DNA of 64,000 nt from an uncultured Planctomycetota bacterium (GTDB lineage Bacteria; Planctomycetota; Planctomycetia; Isosphaerales; Isosphaeraceae): positions 1,408,001-1,472,000 of the forward strand of contig CAWGMQ010000004.1 of the NCBI GenBank assembly GCA_963823665.1, given 5' to 3'. The position numbers and the translations under genes were made by a program. Of this stretch, positions 44,225-54,161 are shown one piece after another (the stretch's first letter is position 1; the number at the start of each line of letters is the position of its first letter). The notes under the pieces are model-generated. The model saw only the letters and a list, made by a program, of their open reading frames with translations. It searched no databases and was not told where the DNA came from.

Positions 44225-45302
44225 ATGCCTGAGCCTCAAGCGCCACGGCGCATCGTCTCGCTGGACCAGTTTCGCGGCTACACCGTCGTGGGGATGCTGT
44301 TCGTGAATTTCCTGGGCGGCTATTCCGTCGTCCCGGCGGTCTTCAAGCATCACAACACCTATTGCAGCTATGCCGACACCATCATGCCCCAGTTCTTCTT
44401 CGCGGTGGGGTTCGCTTTCCGGATGACGTTCCTGCGCCGCCTCGCAACGAGTGGCGCGTGGGCCGCCATCCGCGCCACACTCGACCGCGCGCTGGCGCTC
44501 GTCCTCCTCGGCTTCGTCATCTACCACTTGGACGGCGCTGTCAAGCACTGGGCAGAGCTCCAGGAGCTCGGCCTTTCGGGGTTGGTGGCGAAGGCCTTCC
44601 AGCGCGAGCTATTTCAGACCCTGGTGCACATCGCCGTCACCTCGGTCTGGATCTTGCCGGTGATCGCCGGCGGGGCCGGCATCCGCGTGGCCTTCCTGAT
44701 CGCGTCGGCGGGCTTGCATCTCTGGCTTTCGTCGCGGTTCTATCTCGACTGGGCGTGGAACGCCCCTGTCATCGACGGTGGTCCGCTCGGTTTCTTGACG
44801 TGGTCGATTCCGACGCTCGTCGGCTCATTCGCTTACGACGCCGTGGCGCAGAGCACCGATTCCGCCAAGACGCTCGCCAGGCTCGCCCGCTCGTCGGTGC
44901 TGCTCATGCTGCTGGGCTACGCCCTCTCCTGCGGCGGTGGTTTCCTGGCGGCTCCGCCGTTTGTCGATCCTGGGATCAAGATTCCCGGGCTCTGGACGAT
45001 GAGCCAGCGCACCGGGAGTGTTTCTTATCTGACGTTCGCCGCCGGTTTCTCGCTGGCGGTCTACGCTCTGTGCTTCGAGCTTTGTGATCGCCGGGGATGG
45101 CAGACCGCTCTGTTCGGCATCTTTGGCCAGAACGCCCTGGTTGCGTATGTGATCCACCCGCTCGTGTCTGACGCCGTGAAGCCCTACTTGCCGAACGACA
45201 GCCCGTTCTGGTACCTGGCGATTGGATTCAGCGTCTATTTCGCGATCTGCGTCGCGTTCAACGCATACCTCGACCCGACACAGGCTGTTCGTCCGGCTCT
45301 AG
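44225..45302 (+). CDS. Second heparan-alpha-glucosaminide N-acetyltransferase-like membrane protein; frameshift near 45275
   Basis: [31 protein letters not shown]; corrected end YLDRHRLFVRL* matches the paralog end [11 protein letters not shown]. Confidence 0.8.
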
Positions 45303-45311
45303 AGCGGCGGC

Positions 45312-46214
45312 TCAAGTGGGAAACTCGTTGCCGTGGGGAGTCACCTGCTTGAGATTCGGCTCGATGTTGGCTTCGGCGCGGCCGGATGCCCAGGCGAGCG
45401 CACCCAGCAGCAGTGCCTGGTACATGGGATTGGACCAGACCTCTTCGCGGTGGCCCATCGAGGTGTAGAAGACGCGGCCCTTCCCGTACGCCCGCGCCCA
45501 GGTCATCGGGAAGTTGGGCCGTTGGTACATTTTGCCCGTCATCCCCTCGGTCACTTGATACAGAATGACGTGCAGATCGTCGGGCATGTGTTTGAGCGCA
45601 TACCATTCGTCCTTGATCGTGAACGATTTTCCTTCCTTGCCGAACCCGGCGGCGATCCCCGGAAACTCGGAATCGGCGATCGCGATCTTGCAGTCCTGCT
45701 GGTTGCCGTGGGTGATGAACTCGCCGCCGATCATCTGGATATAGGAATCATCGGCTCCCTTGTTACGAGGTGCGAAGTGGCCGAAAGTGTCGGCAGCGCA
45801 GTGCATGCCCATGAAGCCCTTGCCACCTCGGATGGCCTCATAGAAGGCCTTTTCTCCATCGGGAGAGATCGGGGGGTTCTTGTCCTGGCCGGGAGCAGTC
45901 AGGTCGCCGGTGGTCTCAAAAACGAAGACGTCCCACTGGCCGATCTGGTCGGGCTCGAACAGCCGGCCGTCCTTCGATACAACGACCTCGCACCCATTGT
46001 CCTTGCCAATGTCGGTCAGGATCTTCCCGGCGTGCGAAAGTTTGCCACCCTTCTGGGCGATCACCGAGTGCTCGAAACCTGAGCTCTTGGTGAAAAAGAG
46101 CACCTTCTTCGTCTCTCCTTTGGGTGGGGCCATGGCGCGAGCCAGGGACGGGCCACCCAGCCACGCTGCGGCACCGGCGAGCAACAAATCACGACGATTC
46201 AGGTCGGGCGACAT
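45312..46214 (-). CDS. Tat-exported ThuA-domain protein
   Basis: NRRDLL twin-Arg; FFTKSSGFEH, GMHCA, DEWY, GKGRVFYTSMGH. Confidence 0.9.
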   Translation of the reverse strand: MSPDLNRRDLLLAGAAAWLGGPSLARAMAPPKGETKKVLFFTKSSGFEHSVIAQKGGKLSHAGKILTDIGKDNGCEVVVSKDGRLFEPDQIGQWDVFVFETTGDLTAPGQDKNPPISPDGEKAFYEAIRGGKGFMGMHCAADTFGHFAPRNKGADDSYIQMIGGEFITHGNQQDCKIAIADSEFPGIAAGFGKEGKSFTIKDEWYALKHMPDDLHVILYQVTEGMTGKMYQRPNFPMTWARAYGKGRVFYTSMGHREEVWSNPMYQALLLGALAWASGRAEANIEPNLKQVTPHGNEFPT

Positions 46215-46442
46215 TGAGATTGCCTCCTGGGCTGGTTCGAGTGGGGGGGATGGTTCCAAGGATGTTTGACACCCGTTCTTTTACCCGAGCCGGCGGGCGA
46301 AAGGAATCGGGCAGGCAACCCGGCGATCGTGATCCGGCTCAAAACAGCATCTCCGCGTGCCGTGGTAGACGCGCAGTAGAAAACCCTTCTTCACCTGGGA
46401 CTTCTTTCGTTATGCTAGAGTCAGAAACTCGGGAGCGGGCTG

Positions 46443-46484
46443 ATGGACTTCGAGTGGGATTTCGAGGATGGCAACTTCCCCTGA
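46443..46484 (+). pseudogene. Internally deleted BrnT-like toxin remnant (MDFEWDFEDGNFP*)
   Basis: MDFEWD is a typical BrnT N-terminus and is joined directly to an (F/Y)EDG-type C-terminus that overlaps the antitoxin start. Confidence 0.6.
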
Positions 46485-46710
46485 CGACCCTGAAACCGTT
46501 GACGACCTTGAACCCGAATACGATTTCCGTTCGCTAAGAGGCATCGCGCGCGGCAAGTATGCTGCCCGCTACCAAGAGCGGTTGCGCTTGGTTCGGCTCG
46601 CGGCGGACGTGTCGGGGGCATTCGCGGATGAGGCGGCGGTGAACGACGCGTTGCGCCAGTACCTGACCTGGCGCAAAGATCGTCAATCGGTTGGCCCCTC
46701 TTCTGCATGA
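46468..46710 (+). CDS. BrnA-like antitoxin
   Basis: DDLEPEYDF...RGKYAARY...VRL.ADV...F.DEAAVNDALR, characteristic of BrnT-partner proteins. Confidence 0.72.
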   Translation: MATSPDDPETVDDLEPEYDFRSLRGIARGKYAARYQERLRLVRLAADVSGAFADEAAVNDALRQYLTWRKDRQSVGPSSA

Positions 46711-46757
46711 ACTCCGCGGTCGGGTCATCGAATCTGGCCGAATGCGCAAAGGGGAGT

Positions 46758-47066
46758 ATGAAAATCGCATCTGTGGCGGAAATCAAGTCGCAGTTCAGCT
46801 CCTTCCTTAAGGCAAGCGAGAATGGCCCGGTCGTGGTCACGCGGAACGGCAAGCCGGTTGCGGTCATCGTGGGCGTCGCCGACGAGGATGAGATCGAGCG
46901 GCTGCTGATGGCGTATTCGCCGCGTCTTCAAGCCATGTTGGAAGAATCACGCAAACAAATTCGCGCGGGAGACGTGCTCGGTCATGAGGATTTCTGGGCG
47001 GCGGTCGAAGCGTCCAGAGGTTCGAAGCAGCGCACCAGAAAGCGAAAAGCTGGAACTCGCGCATAG
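46758..47066 (+). CDS. Phd/YefM family antitoxin, orphan
   Basis: MKIASVAEIKSQFSSFLK...GPVVVTRNGKPVAVI; GGGGAG RBS. Confidence 0.88.
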   Translation: MKIASVAEIKSQFSSFLKASENGPVVVTRNGKPVAVIVGVADEDEIERLLMAYSPRLQAMLEESRKQIRAGDVLGHEDFWAAVEASRGSKQRTRKRKAGTRA

Positions 47067-47264
47067 CCGAGGGCGGCTTTCCGCTTGCGGACTCGCGGCA
47101 ACGCGAGTAATGTAACGAAACTGCGCCTCCTGGACCAAAGGCGCAGCAGGAACTCACGCAAGCGGTGCCCTGCGAACCCAGAGGTTACTGCACGGAACGG
47201 ACACCCGGCACGGACGCTTTTTGCAGACTTTGGCGTCCAGCCATTGGTTGGGGACGCGACCAGG

Positions 47265-47573
47265 ATGTCTCAACTCGCTTCGGAACCAGAAACCGCGGAT
47301 CAATCCCAGCTTTCCAAGCTGTGTGTCGCAATCCGCGGCAAGCTCCAGTTCATGGATTATCTGATCCGAGCCGCCTTGGCCGATGCCGAGCGGTACCGGG
47401 CGGAAACCGACCCCGGCACGCGCATCTTTATCAGGCAGTTGGTCGAGATGCACGCGGCCAACCTGCGGATCGAAAGCCAGAACATGCGTTTGGTCGGGGA
47501 CGTGTGCGAGGCTCTCGAGGCGATTGTCGACGCCTCGGCAGATAGGCCTGAGGATGAGGGAGATCTGCCATGA
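47265..47573 (+). CDS. Small helical hypothetical protein (paralog of the next gene)
   Basis: ORF ends in an ATGA overlap with the next ORF; amphipathic helical pattern. Confidence 0.65.
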   Translation: MSQLASEPETADQSQLSKLCVAIRGKLQFMDYLIRAALADAERYRAETDPGTRIFIRQLVEMHAANLRIESQNMRLVGDVCEALEAIVDASADRPEDEGDLP

Positions 47574-47941
47574 GCACTGCAAAGAACGGAATGCTCCAGG
47601 CAACCGGACCGCGCGACGATGGCGATTCCGCCTCCCCGGCCGACGAACATGTTGACCGGCTCTCTGCAATCCGAGCGAGCTCTCCCGCCACGGCGGCGCT
47701 CCAGCGGTCACTCGCCGACATCAAGGGACAGGCCCAGTTCCTGCTCTATCTGGCCGATCAAATCGAAGATTCGCTCGAACAGCTCCAGAGCGAGGCTGAC
47801 GCCTGCCACAGCTCGTTCTTGTGCAAGGTTCTGGGGATGTACTCGGGGCAGCTTGAAAGCAAGCACCAGGGCCTTGGCGAAAAGATCGCCGAAGCATGCC
47901 AGGAAGTGTACGTCACCGTCCGGGAACGCGAGCTGGTCTGA
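47570..47941 (+). CDS. Small helical hypothetical protein (paralog of the previous gene)
   Basis: GAGGGAG RBS; shares the I(R/K)GxxQFxxYL...ExD...F...M pattern with the upstream ORF. Confidence 0.7.
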   Translation: MSTAKNGMLQATGPRDDGDSASPADEHVDRLSAIRASSPATAALQRSLADIKGQAQFLLYLADQIEDSLEQLQSEADACHSSFLCKVLGMYSGQLESKHQGLGEKIAEACQEVYVTVRERELV

Positions 47942-48815
47942 GCCAGACGCAGATTCGAGGCGTCCCCGAACGTGGCCGAGGCGCCATTCCTCCCTCTCCC
48001 ACCGGGAGAGGGTCGGGGTGACGGTCCCCTCCCATCCGCGGAAGTTGTGCCGAAAGCGTGTTGCTCACTTGCGCCGAACAGCGCGAAACGGCGAGCTGGA
48101 GCAAAATCCAAAGCGCTGACACCGCCTCGCGCATGTTGATCTTCGAGCTTCCCGCGCGGCGGTTCTCGAACAAGATCGGGGTCTCGCCGATCCTGCAGCC
48201 GACCGTCTGACACCAGTACAGAATCTCTTCCTGGAACGAATACCCGCGCGAACGCACACGGCTGAAGTCGATCTCGGCGAGCTTGCTGACGCGATAGCAG
48301 CGAAACGCGCCGCTGTTGTCCTTGCTGGTGAGGCCGAGCAAGAGCCGGGCATAGAGGTTGATTCCGCCGCTCATGAGCCGGCGTTTGAGCGTGAAGCCCC
48401 CCTCGACCCCCCCGCCGGGAACGTAGCGGGAGCCGATCATGACGTCGTGGTCTGCCATCCCCCGGATCAAATCGGGGATGAATCGCGGCGGATGGCTGAA
48501 ATCGGCGTCGAGGTTGAGCAGATAGTCGTACTTGTGCTCGATCGCGAAAGTCATGGCGGCCAGCGTCGCCGTCCCCAAGCCGAGCTTTCCGGCGCGATGA
48601 AGCACGTGGATCTCGCTCAAGGATCCGCGCAGGTCGTCCGCGATCTGGCCCGTGCCGTCCGGAGAGTTGTCGTCGATGATCAGGATGGAAGACACCGGTG
48701 CAAACTGCCGGATGGTTTCCACCAGCGGCCGCAGATTGCCCGCTTCGTTGTACGTCGCCAGCGAAATCAGAAGCCGGCCGGCCTCCGGTGATGCAGTCGC
48801 GGATGAGTCGGACAC
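47913..48815 (-). CDS. Polyprenol monophosphomannose synthase-like GT2 glycosyltransferase
   Basis: TYNEAGN, DDNSPDGTG, LDADFSH.P, GSRYVPGGG, GYSFQEE. The 3' end is uncertain because the ORF reads through the REP; a stop near 48065 is possible. Confidence 0.88.
   Translation of the reverse strand: MSDSSATASPEAGRLLISLATYNEAGNLRPLVETIRQFAPVSSILIIDDNSPDGTGQIADDLRGSLSEIHVLHRAGKLGLGTATLAAMTFAIEHKYDYLLNLDADFSHPPRFIPDLIRGMADHDVMIGSRYVPGGGVEGGFTLKRRLMSGGINLYARLLLGLTSKDNSGAFRCYRVSKLAEIDFSRVRSRGYSFQEEILYWCQTVGCRIGETPILFENRRAGSSKINMREAVSALWILLQLAVSRCSAQVSNTLSAQLPRMGGDRHPDPLPVGEGGMAPRPRSGTPRICVWLRPARVPGR
47992..48023. repeat. REP-like palindromic element
   Basis: CCCTCTCCC-ACC-GGGAGAGGG hairpin plus TCGGGGTGACGG flank, matching the widespread CCCTCTCCC/GGGAGAGGG repeat; lies at the convergent junction. 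Confidence 0.7.
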
Positions 48816-49157
48816 AGTCGGGTCAACCTCGACGCGAGCGGTTGTTGAAAAGCAGGTGCCGCCGCCGGAAGCTCCTGCTCCAAAACGTCTTGCGAACGTC
48901 TGGACCAGGTCGACCGCGGTCGCCGTACCTCCCGGGAAGAAGAACGGCTGGGAGCACCAAGATCTGCGTCAGCGACACCTGCTCGTCAGTGAAAATAAAA
49001 CGTTCCCCGCACGCCGCACAGCGCCGTGGCAAGGCCGTTAAGAGACCATTCGACGCCGGAACGGCAATTTCATCAGTCGTTTCCTCAAGTTTTGTTCTTC
49101 GCGGATCCGTGCGGCGTGCCTGCGCCGATTCGGCAGGCGGAACGAATCGCTTTGCGG

Positions 49158-50480
49158 CTATTTCGACTGGCGGAACCGCGTGAAGAGCTGGCTGTACGGG
49201 GCGAATTCGTGCTGGCCTTCGGCTCGGATGCCTCCCGACGCGTTGGCACCGGCGGAAGATTGTCCTGACGCCGCTGGTTCCACTCGTTCGTCCAGCTCAA
49301 CCGCATTACCGGTAGATATGTCCTGAGTATCCATGGCAGACTCACCGTTCGTCAACCAGGCCTCACGCTCCGAAACTGCCTGAAGCGCGGCGTAACGGTC
49401 TTCGATCAACTCTTCGGAGGGCGGTGAATCGTGCGAACTGAAGCTTGTGGCCTCGCTCGGCGCCGTTTCCAGGGAGGAGAGCTCATCCTCCAGGTCACCT
49501 TCCCAGCCCACCTCGACCAAGCCCTCCTCATCGCGAATCGGGGGTTTCGAGGGGACCAGCGCCGGAGTCTCGGCTCGGCCCGGACCCCTCGCGGTGGACC
49601 GAGTCGATCGGTTCTCCTCTTTCACCACTTCATGAGCTAGATCCGGGCGCGCCTCGGCATGGAGATCGTCTCGGAAGGTGGCGCCAATCACGCCGCCCTG
49701 CTCGATGCTGCGGAGACTCCGCCCCTCGCCGAAACACAAGGCTGCCTCTGGATTCCTTCGCCGCGTTCGGGCCGACAGCTCTGCGAGCCGCAGGAGCATC
49801 GCCGGGTTGCCGCGTGAGTTGCGGTGCAGCTCCTCGAGCAGGCGTTCGTCCGCCGGCCTGATCGAACCGGCGGCCTCGAGTAACTCGCGTGCTTCGTCGA
49901 GATCAATGGGCTGGAGATGGACGTGCGCCGAGATCTGAGCCGCGAGGCCGATCGAGCTCCCGCGCCGGACGAGCGTTCGCGGCAGATCAGTCGCGCCGAC
50001 GATGAAAAGCGTGGCAAATCCCCGCGGCCTTCCCAGTTGATTCGCGATGGCCTGCACCTCGTCCCAAACCGCCGAGCGGCCACGATGCGCCTCATTGATT
50101 ACGAGGAGCCAGCGGCGACCCTCGGTGAATTCGTCGGCCAGCGCATCCTGGATGCGAATTCGCGCCTTGCCCAGTCGATTGCTCGCCGAGACGCCGAGCG
50201 GATGGGCTGCCAGGCGAAGGAATTCGATGGCGTTCATCTCCGAGGCCAGATCAACGTTCGCGATGCGCCAGAGCGCGTCGGTTCCTGCTGCAAACCCGCG
50301 GATCAACGCCGTCTTGCCGGCGCCCGGCTCGCCGCTGATGAGAACGGGGCGGGGCGGTGTTGCGCACGCCGCCGATCGCAGGGATGCGAGGGCCTCTCGG
50401 CGGCTGGCGACCAAGTGGATGCAGTCATCCCCCTTTGCGGGTGTGCCATGCTGGGTCGATCCGTCGTAATCAGACTGCAT
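49158..50480 (-). CDS. ExeA-like AAA ATPase with acidic disordered C-terminus
   Basis: GEPGAGKT Walker A, LLVINEAH Walker B variant, SRGNP, and C-terminal HEFAPYSQLF. Confidence 0.7.
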   Translation of the reverse strand: MQSDYDGSTQHGTPAKGDDCIHLVASRREALASLRSAACATPPRPVLISGEPGAGKTALIRGFAAGTDALWRIANVDLASEMNAIEFLRLAAHPLGVSASNRLGKARIRIQDALADEFTEGRRWLLVINEAHRGRSAVWDEVQAIANQLGRPRGFATLFIVGATDLPRTLVRRGSSIGLAAQISAHVHLQPIDLDEARELLEAAGSIRPADERLLEELHRNSRGNPAMLLRLAELSARTRRRNPEAALCFGEGRSLRSIEQGGVIGATFRDDLHAEARPDLAHEVVKEENRSTRSTARGPGRAETPALVPSKPPIRDEEGLVEVGWEGDLEDELSSLETAPSEATSFSSHDSPPSEELIEDRYAALQAVSEREAWLTNGESAMDTQDISTGNAVELDERVEPAASGQSSAGANASGGIRAEGQHEFAPYSQLFTRFRQSK

Positions 50481-50797
50481 CGCCCGGCCGGCTCCCTTCT
50501 ATTCCCTCAACCGTCACATCATGCCCTGGCGGACCGTACGGTGTGAAAAGCCGCGTGCATCGCTGCGTCCCGCTACCAATTCATCGGTGGCGGAAGCACC
50601 GGTCTTGAGCGCAGCGTCCAACAAGAAACTCGCCCCTCGACATCTGGTGACGACGCCGGAAGTTCTCAGAAGCTTCGGCTTTTGGTAAGATAATGTGATG
50701 TGGTTGATGTCGAAGCGATGGGTCTCTGACGCGATGCGGAACCGCTGGGCGAGGCAATCTGAGCCGTCCGTTCGACCTGACCGGTTCGGAGGGGGTC

Positions 50798-51695
50798 TTG
50801 GCGACTGAGATCAATGCGATCAGCGACGATCGAATTGGCGATTATCGCTATATCCGCACCATCCATCCCGGTGCAACGTCCGTTGTCATGGAAGTCCTGA
50901 AAGAGGGCACACAGAAACGGTTCGCCCTCAAACAACTGCTCGCCTCGCGCGCCGAAGAAAGAGAAGACTATAAGGCATTCATGCATGAAGCCAAGCTTGG
51001 AATGGAGCTTCGGCATGCGAACCTGATCCGGGTCTATCGAGTTCGTCAAGGATCAATTTCAGCCTTTTTTTGTGATGGAGCTTTTTACCGGCCATCATCT
51101 CAAGATGCCGATCGCCCGGCCGAGCATTTACCCGCTGCCGAAGAAGAATCTGCACCGGATCATCCAGCAGGCGGGTTCAGCTCTCGCATACATGCATGAT
51201 CGTGGCTGGGTGCATCGTGACGTCAAGCCTGAGAACATCTTGTACAACAAGTCTGGTGAGGTTCGCGTGATCGACTATGCGCTGGCAAGGCGCCAGGCGG
51301 TCGGCCTGATGAAGATGTTCGAGGGGCGGATCCCGCGGCAGGGAACGAAGACGTACATGTCGCCTGAACAGATCCGGTGCGATTCGCCGACTCCGCTCGC
51401 GGATATTTACAGCTTCGGAATCACTTGCTATGAATTAGCTTGCAGCCGGCCGCCGTTTCGCGCGAATTCGTCGCAGGAGCTTCTGGAAAAGCACCTGGGC
51501 GAGCGACCGCTTCCGCTGGTGAACCATAACAAGATGGTGACGCCCGAATACAATGAAATGGTCCTGAAGATGATCTGCAAGAAGCCCGAAGATCGGTATG
51601 CGAGCATCCACGAGATGTTGAGCCGGTTCCGGACGATCCGGATCTTTCAGGACGACCCCGACCCACTCGCGGAACGCGACGGCGCGATGATGTAA
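50798..51695 (+). CDS. Cytoplasmic Ser/Thr protein kinase, frameshift near 51038
   Basis: FALK, HRDVKPEN, DYAL (DFG position), GTKTYMSPEQ, DIYSFG. Confidence 0.85.
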
Positions 51696-51782
51696 GAACG
51701 CGGCCTGCCTTTTTCCTTGCGTGCGAGCGTGTTGCGCAGCGCTTCCTTTCCCAACTCAAAAGCCAATTCGAGATGCCAACGC

Positions 51783-52862
51783 ATGGCGCAGGAGCCCACC
51801 CCGTCCCGCGGTCCGTCTGAACCGCGACTGCCATTTGAGAGCCCCGATTTACGAGATGGAAGCTCGCCTCGCAGATCTGGAGGCACACTACGCCAAGAAC
51901 CGCGCCGCGGGGGATTCTCCCAAGATCGCCGAACAGATCCGCAGGCTCAGGCGTGAGCTGGTGGCGCTCAAGCGCGAGATCTTCTCTCACCTCGAACCGT
52001 GGCAGATCGTTCAGGTCTCGCGCCACCAGCAACGGCCCCAAACCCGCGATTACATCGACCTGATCTTCGAGCAGTTCCTCGAGCTCCACGGCGACCGCGC
52101 CTTCGGCGACGACAAGGCGATCGTGACCGGGCTGGCCCACCTCGACGACATCAAGGTCATGTTCCTGGGCCATCAAAAGGGGAAAAACCTTGCCGAGCGT
52201 AAGCAGTGCAATTTCGGCTGCGCTCACCCCGAGGGCTATCGCAAGGCGCTCCTGAAAATGCGGCTCGCCGAGAAGTTCGGCCTGCCGATCATCTCGTTCA
52301 TCGATACGCCGGGCGCCTATCCGGGCATCACCGCCGAAGAGCGCGGCAAGCCTCGGTCATCGCCGAGAACCTGATGGCCATGAGCCAGATCCGCACGCCC
52401 ATCGTCGGTGTCGTCATCGGTGAAGGCGGCTCCGGCGGTGCGCTCGGAATCGGCATCGGCGACCGGCTGGCCATGCTCGAGTTCACCTATTACTCCGTGA
52501 TCAGCCCCGAAGGCTGCGCCTCGATCTTGTGGAAGGGAAGCGAGCATGCCCCCAAGGCGGCCGCCGCGCTCAAGTTGACAAGCCGCGACCTGCTGCGGTT
52601 CGGCATCATCGACGAGATCATCGCCGAGCCCGCCGGCGGCGCCCATCGCGACCACCGCGAGGCCGCCGCCAGCTTGAAGACCTTCCTCGTTCACTCGATC
52701 CGGCAGCTCAAGGAGATTCCCACCGATCGACTCGTACAAAGCCGTTACGAGAAATACCGCAACATCGGTGTCTTCCATGAAAAGCCGCCGCCCGAGCCCC
52801 CGCGCGAGCCCGAGGCCGAGCGGAACGGGCCGGCCGAATTGGATGAATCGGCCGGCATCTAA
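51783..52862 (+). CDS. accA: Acetyl-CoA carboxylase carboxyltransferase alpha subunit (frameshifts near 51840 and 52350)
   Basis: LPFE..PI, SRHQQRP, ELHGDRAFGDD, PEGYRKAL, DTPGAYPG, GEGGSGGAL, YSVISPEGCA. Confidence 0.95.
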
Positions 52863-52968
52863 GCGGGTGAATACCGGTCGCAATGACCGAATCTTGGCCG
52901 CCGAGTGTACGTCTATTTTTGGACGCAACCTGCTCCTTTTCACGACGCTCGACGGTAGGAGGGCACCC

Positions 52969-53987
52969 ATGCGAATTCGCGCGAAGTGGCGTTTACGGCA
53001 CGATGCTCGCCGGGATCGCGGTCCTGGCCGTCCTCATGGCACTTGTCACGGAGCGACAACGGCGACTGGCTGCTCAGGAGCGGGCAATTGACTGCGCTCG
53101 AGAAACTCGACGGCTGTTTCATTAACATGCGGCCTTTCTGTTGCGTCGCGGATTCAACTCGTCGTCCCGTCGTCGCCATCTGCGTCAACGACCCCGAAGT
53201 CTCGGATGCTGACCTTGCCCCCTTGGCTTGCTTGACCGAGCTCGAGAGCTTGGACCTCTCCATGACCAAAATCACAGACGCGGGGCTGGCCTTTCTGGAG
53301 GGGCTGACGAAAGTTCAAAATCTTTACCTCGTCGAGACTCAAATCACCGACGCCGGCTTGGTCCATTTGCGGGGGATGGTCAACCTCCGGTCGCTGAATA
53401 TCGGCGGCACGAAGGTTACGGGGCCCGGCCTTACCAAGTTGAAGGACTTGCCCAACCTCCGGTCCCTCAACCTTGTCGACACGCGAGTTACGGACTCAGG
53501 GCTCGTTTACTTGGGACTTTTGAAGGGTCTGACCGACGTCTCCCTTTCCGGAGCGATCACGGACGCCGGCCTGATCCATCTTGCAAAACTGATCAAACTT
53601 CGCGAGCTGGACCTCTTTTCCACGCAAGTTACCGGGGCTGGACTGGCGCACCTGAGCGGGCTCACGCAGCTCCGGAGCCTCAGCCTTGGGTCGAGCCCAT
53701 TGCTTGACAGCGGGCTGATCCATCTGCGTTCGCTGACAAACCTCGAGTCACTGGACCTCGGCGACACCAAGGTCAGGGGTCCTGGCCTGGAGCACTTGAG
53801 AGGGCTTGCGCACCTGAAGTCGCTGAGCCTCGACGGGGCTCCCGTAAGCGACTCGAGCCTGGACTATCTGAAGAACCTCGCCCAGCTTGAGAGCCTCCTC
53901 CTGGCCTACACTGATGTTACTTGGACGGGCTCGCACGAGCTCAAGCGGGCGTTAGCCAAGACTCAAGTTCGATGGATGGGGAAGTGA
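52969..53987 (+). CDS. Membrane-anchored leucine-rich-repeat protein (frameshifts near 52999 and 53093)
   Basis: Reconstructed N-terminus MRIRAKWRLRTMLAGIAVLAVLMAL; ~24-aa repeats of the form L..L.L..T.VTDAGL.HL.GL. Confidence 0.85.
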
Positions 53988-54161
53988 CGGCGCCAGCGTG
54001 ATGCCGACCTCCATCTGTCGCGGGTCGTCTTGCGGAAAGTGCATCCCGCAGTCATCTTCGAGAAGGGACCGATAGGCACACAGGACGGTGAGATCGTTGT
54101 CCGTCAAGCGGCGGAGGATCAGCCGCGGCGAGTGAAGCTCGGTTAACGCGATTATTGCCAT
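53952..54161 (-). pseudogene. Internally deleted and truncated RimJ/RimL-type GNAT acetyltransferase
   Basis: LHSPRLILRRLTDNDL...YRSL is joined directly to DCGMHFPQDDPRQMEVGITLAP; the middle and the CoA-binding C-terminus are missing. Confidence 0.6.

Noticed and set aside
48823..49032. CAACGERFIFTDEQ resembling a zinc-ribbon start
   Set aside because: Only one CxxC, a TTG start with no RBS, and the remainder looks non-coding.
50561..50616. Nested hairpin between the divergent ATPase and kinase genes as a possible riboswitch
   Set aside because: No recognisable aptamer consensus; such stems are common at this GC content.
51835..52355. Programmed frameshifting or pseudogenisation of accA
   Set aside because: No slippery heptamer at the sites, and the same indel pattern occurs throughout the window.
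53200..53930. ~72-bp periodicity as a CRISPR or tandem DNA repeat
   Set aside because: Explained by coding leucine-rich repeats; there are no identical repeats with unique spacers.
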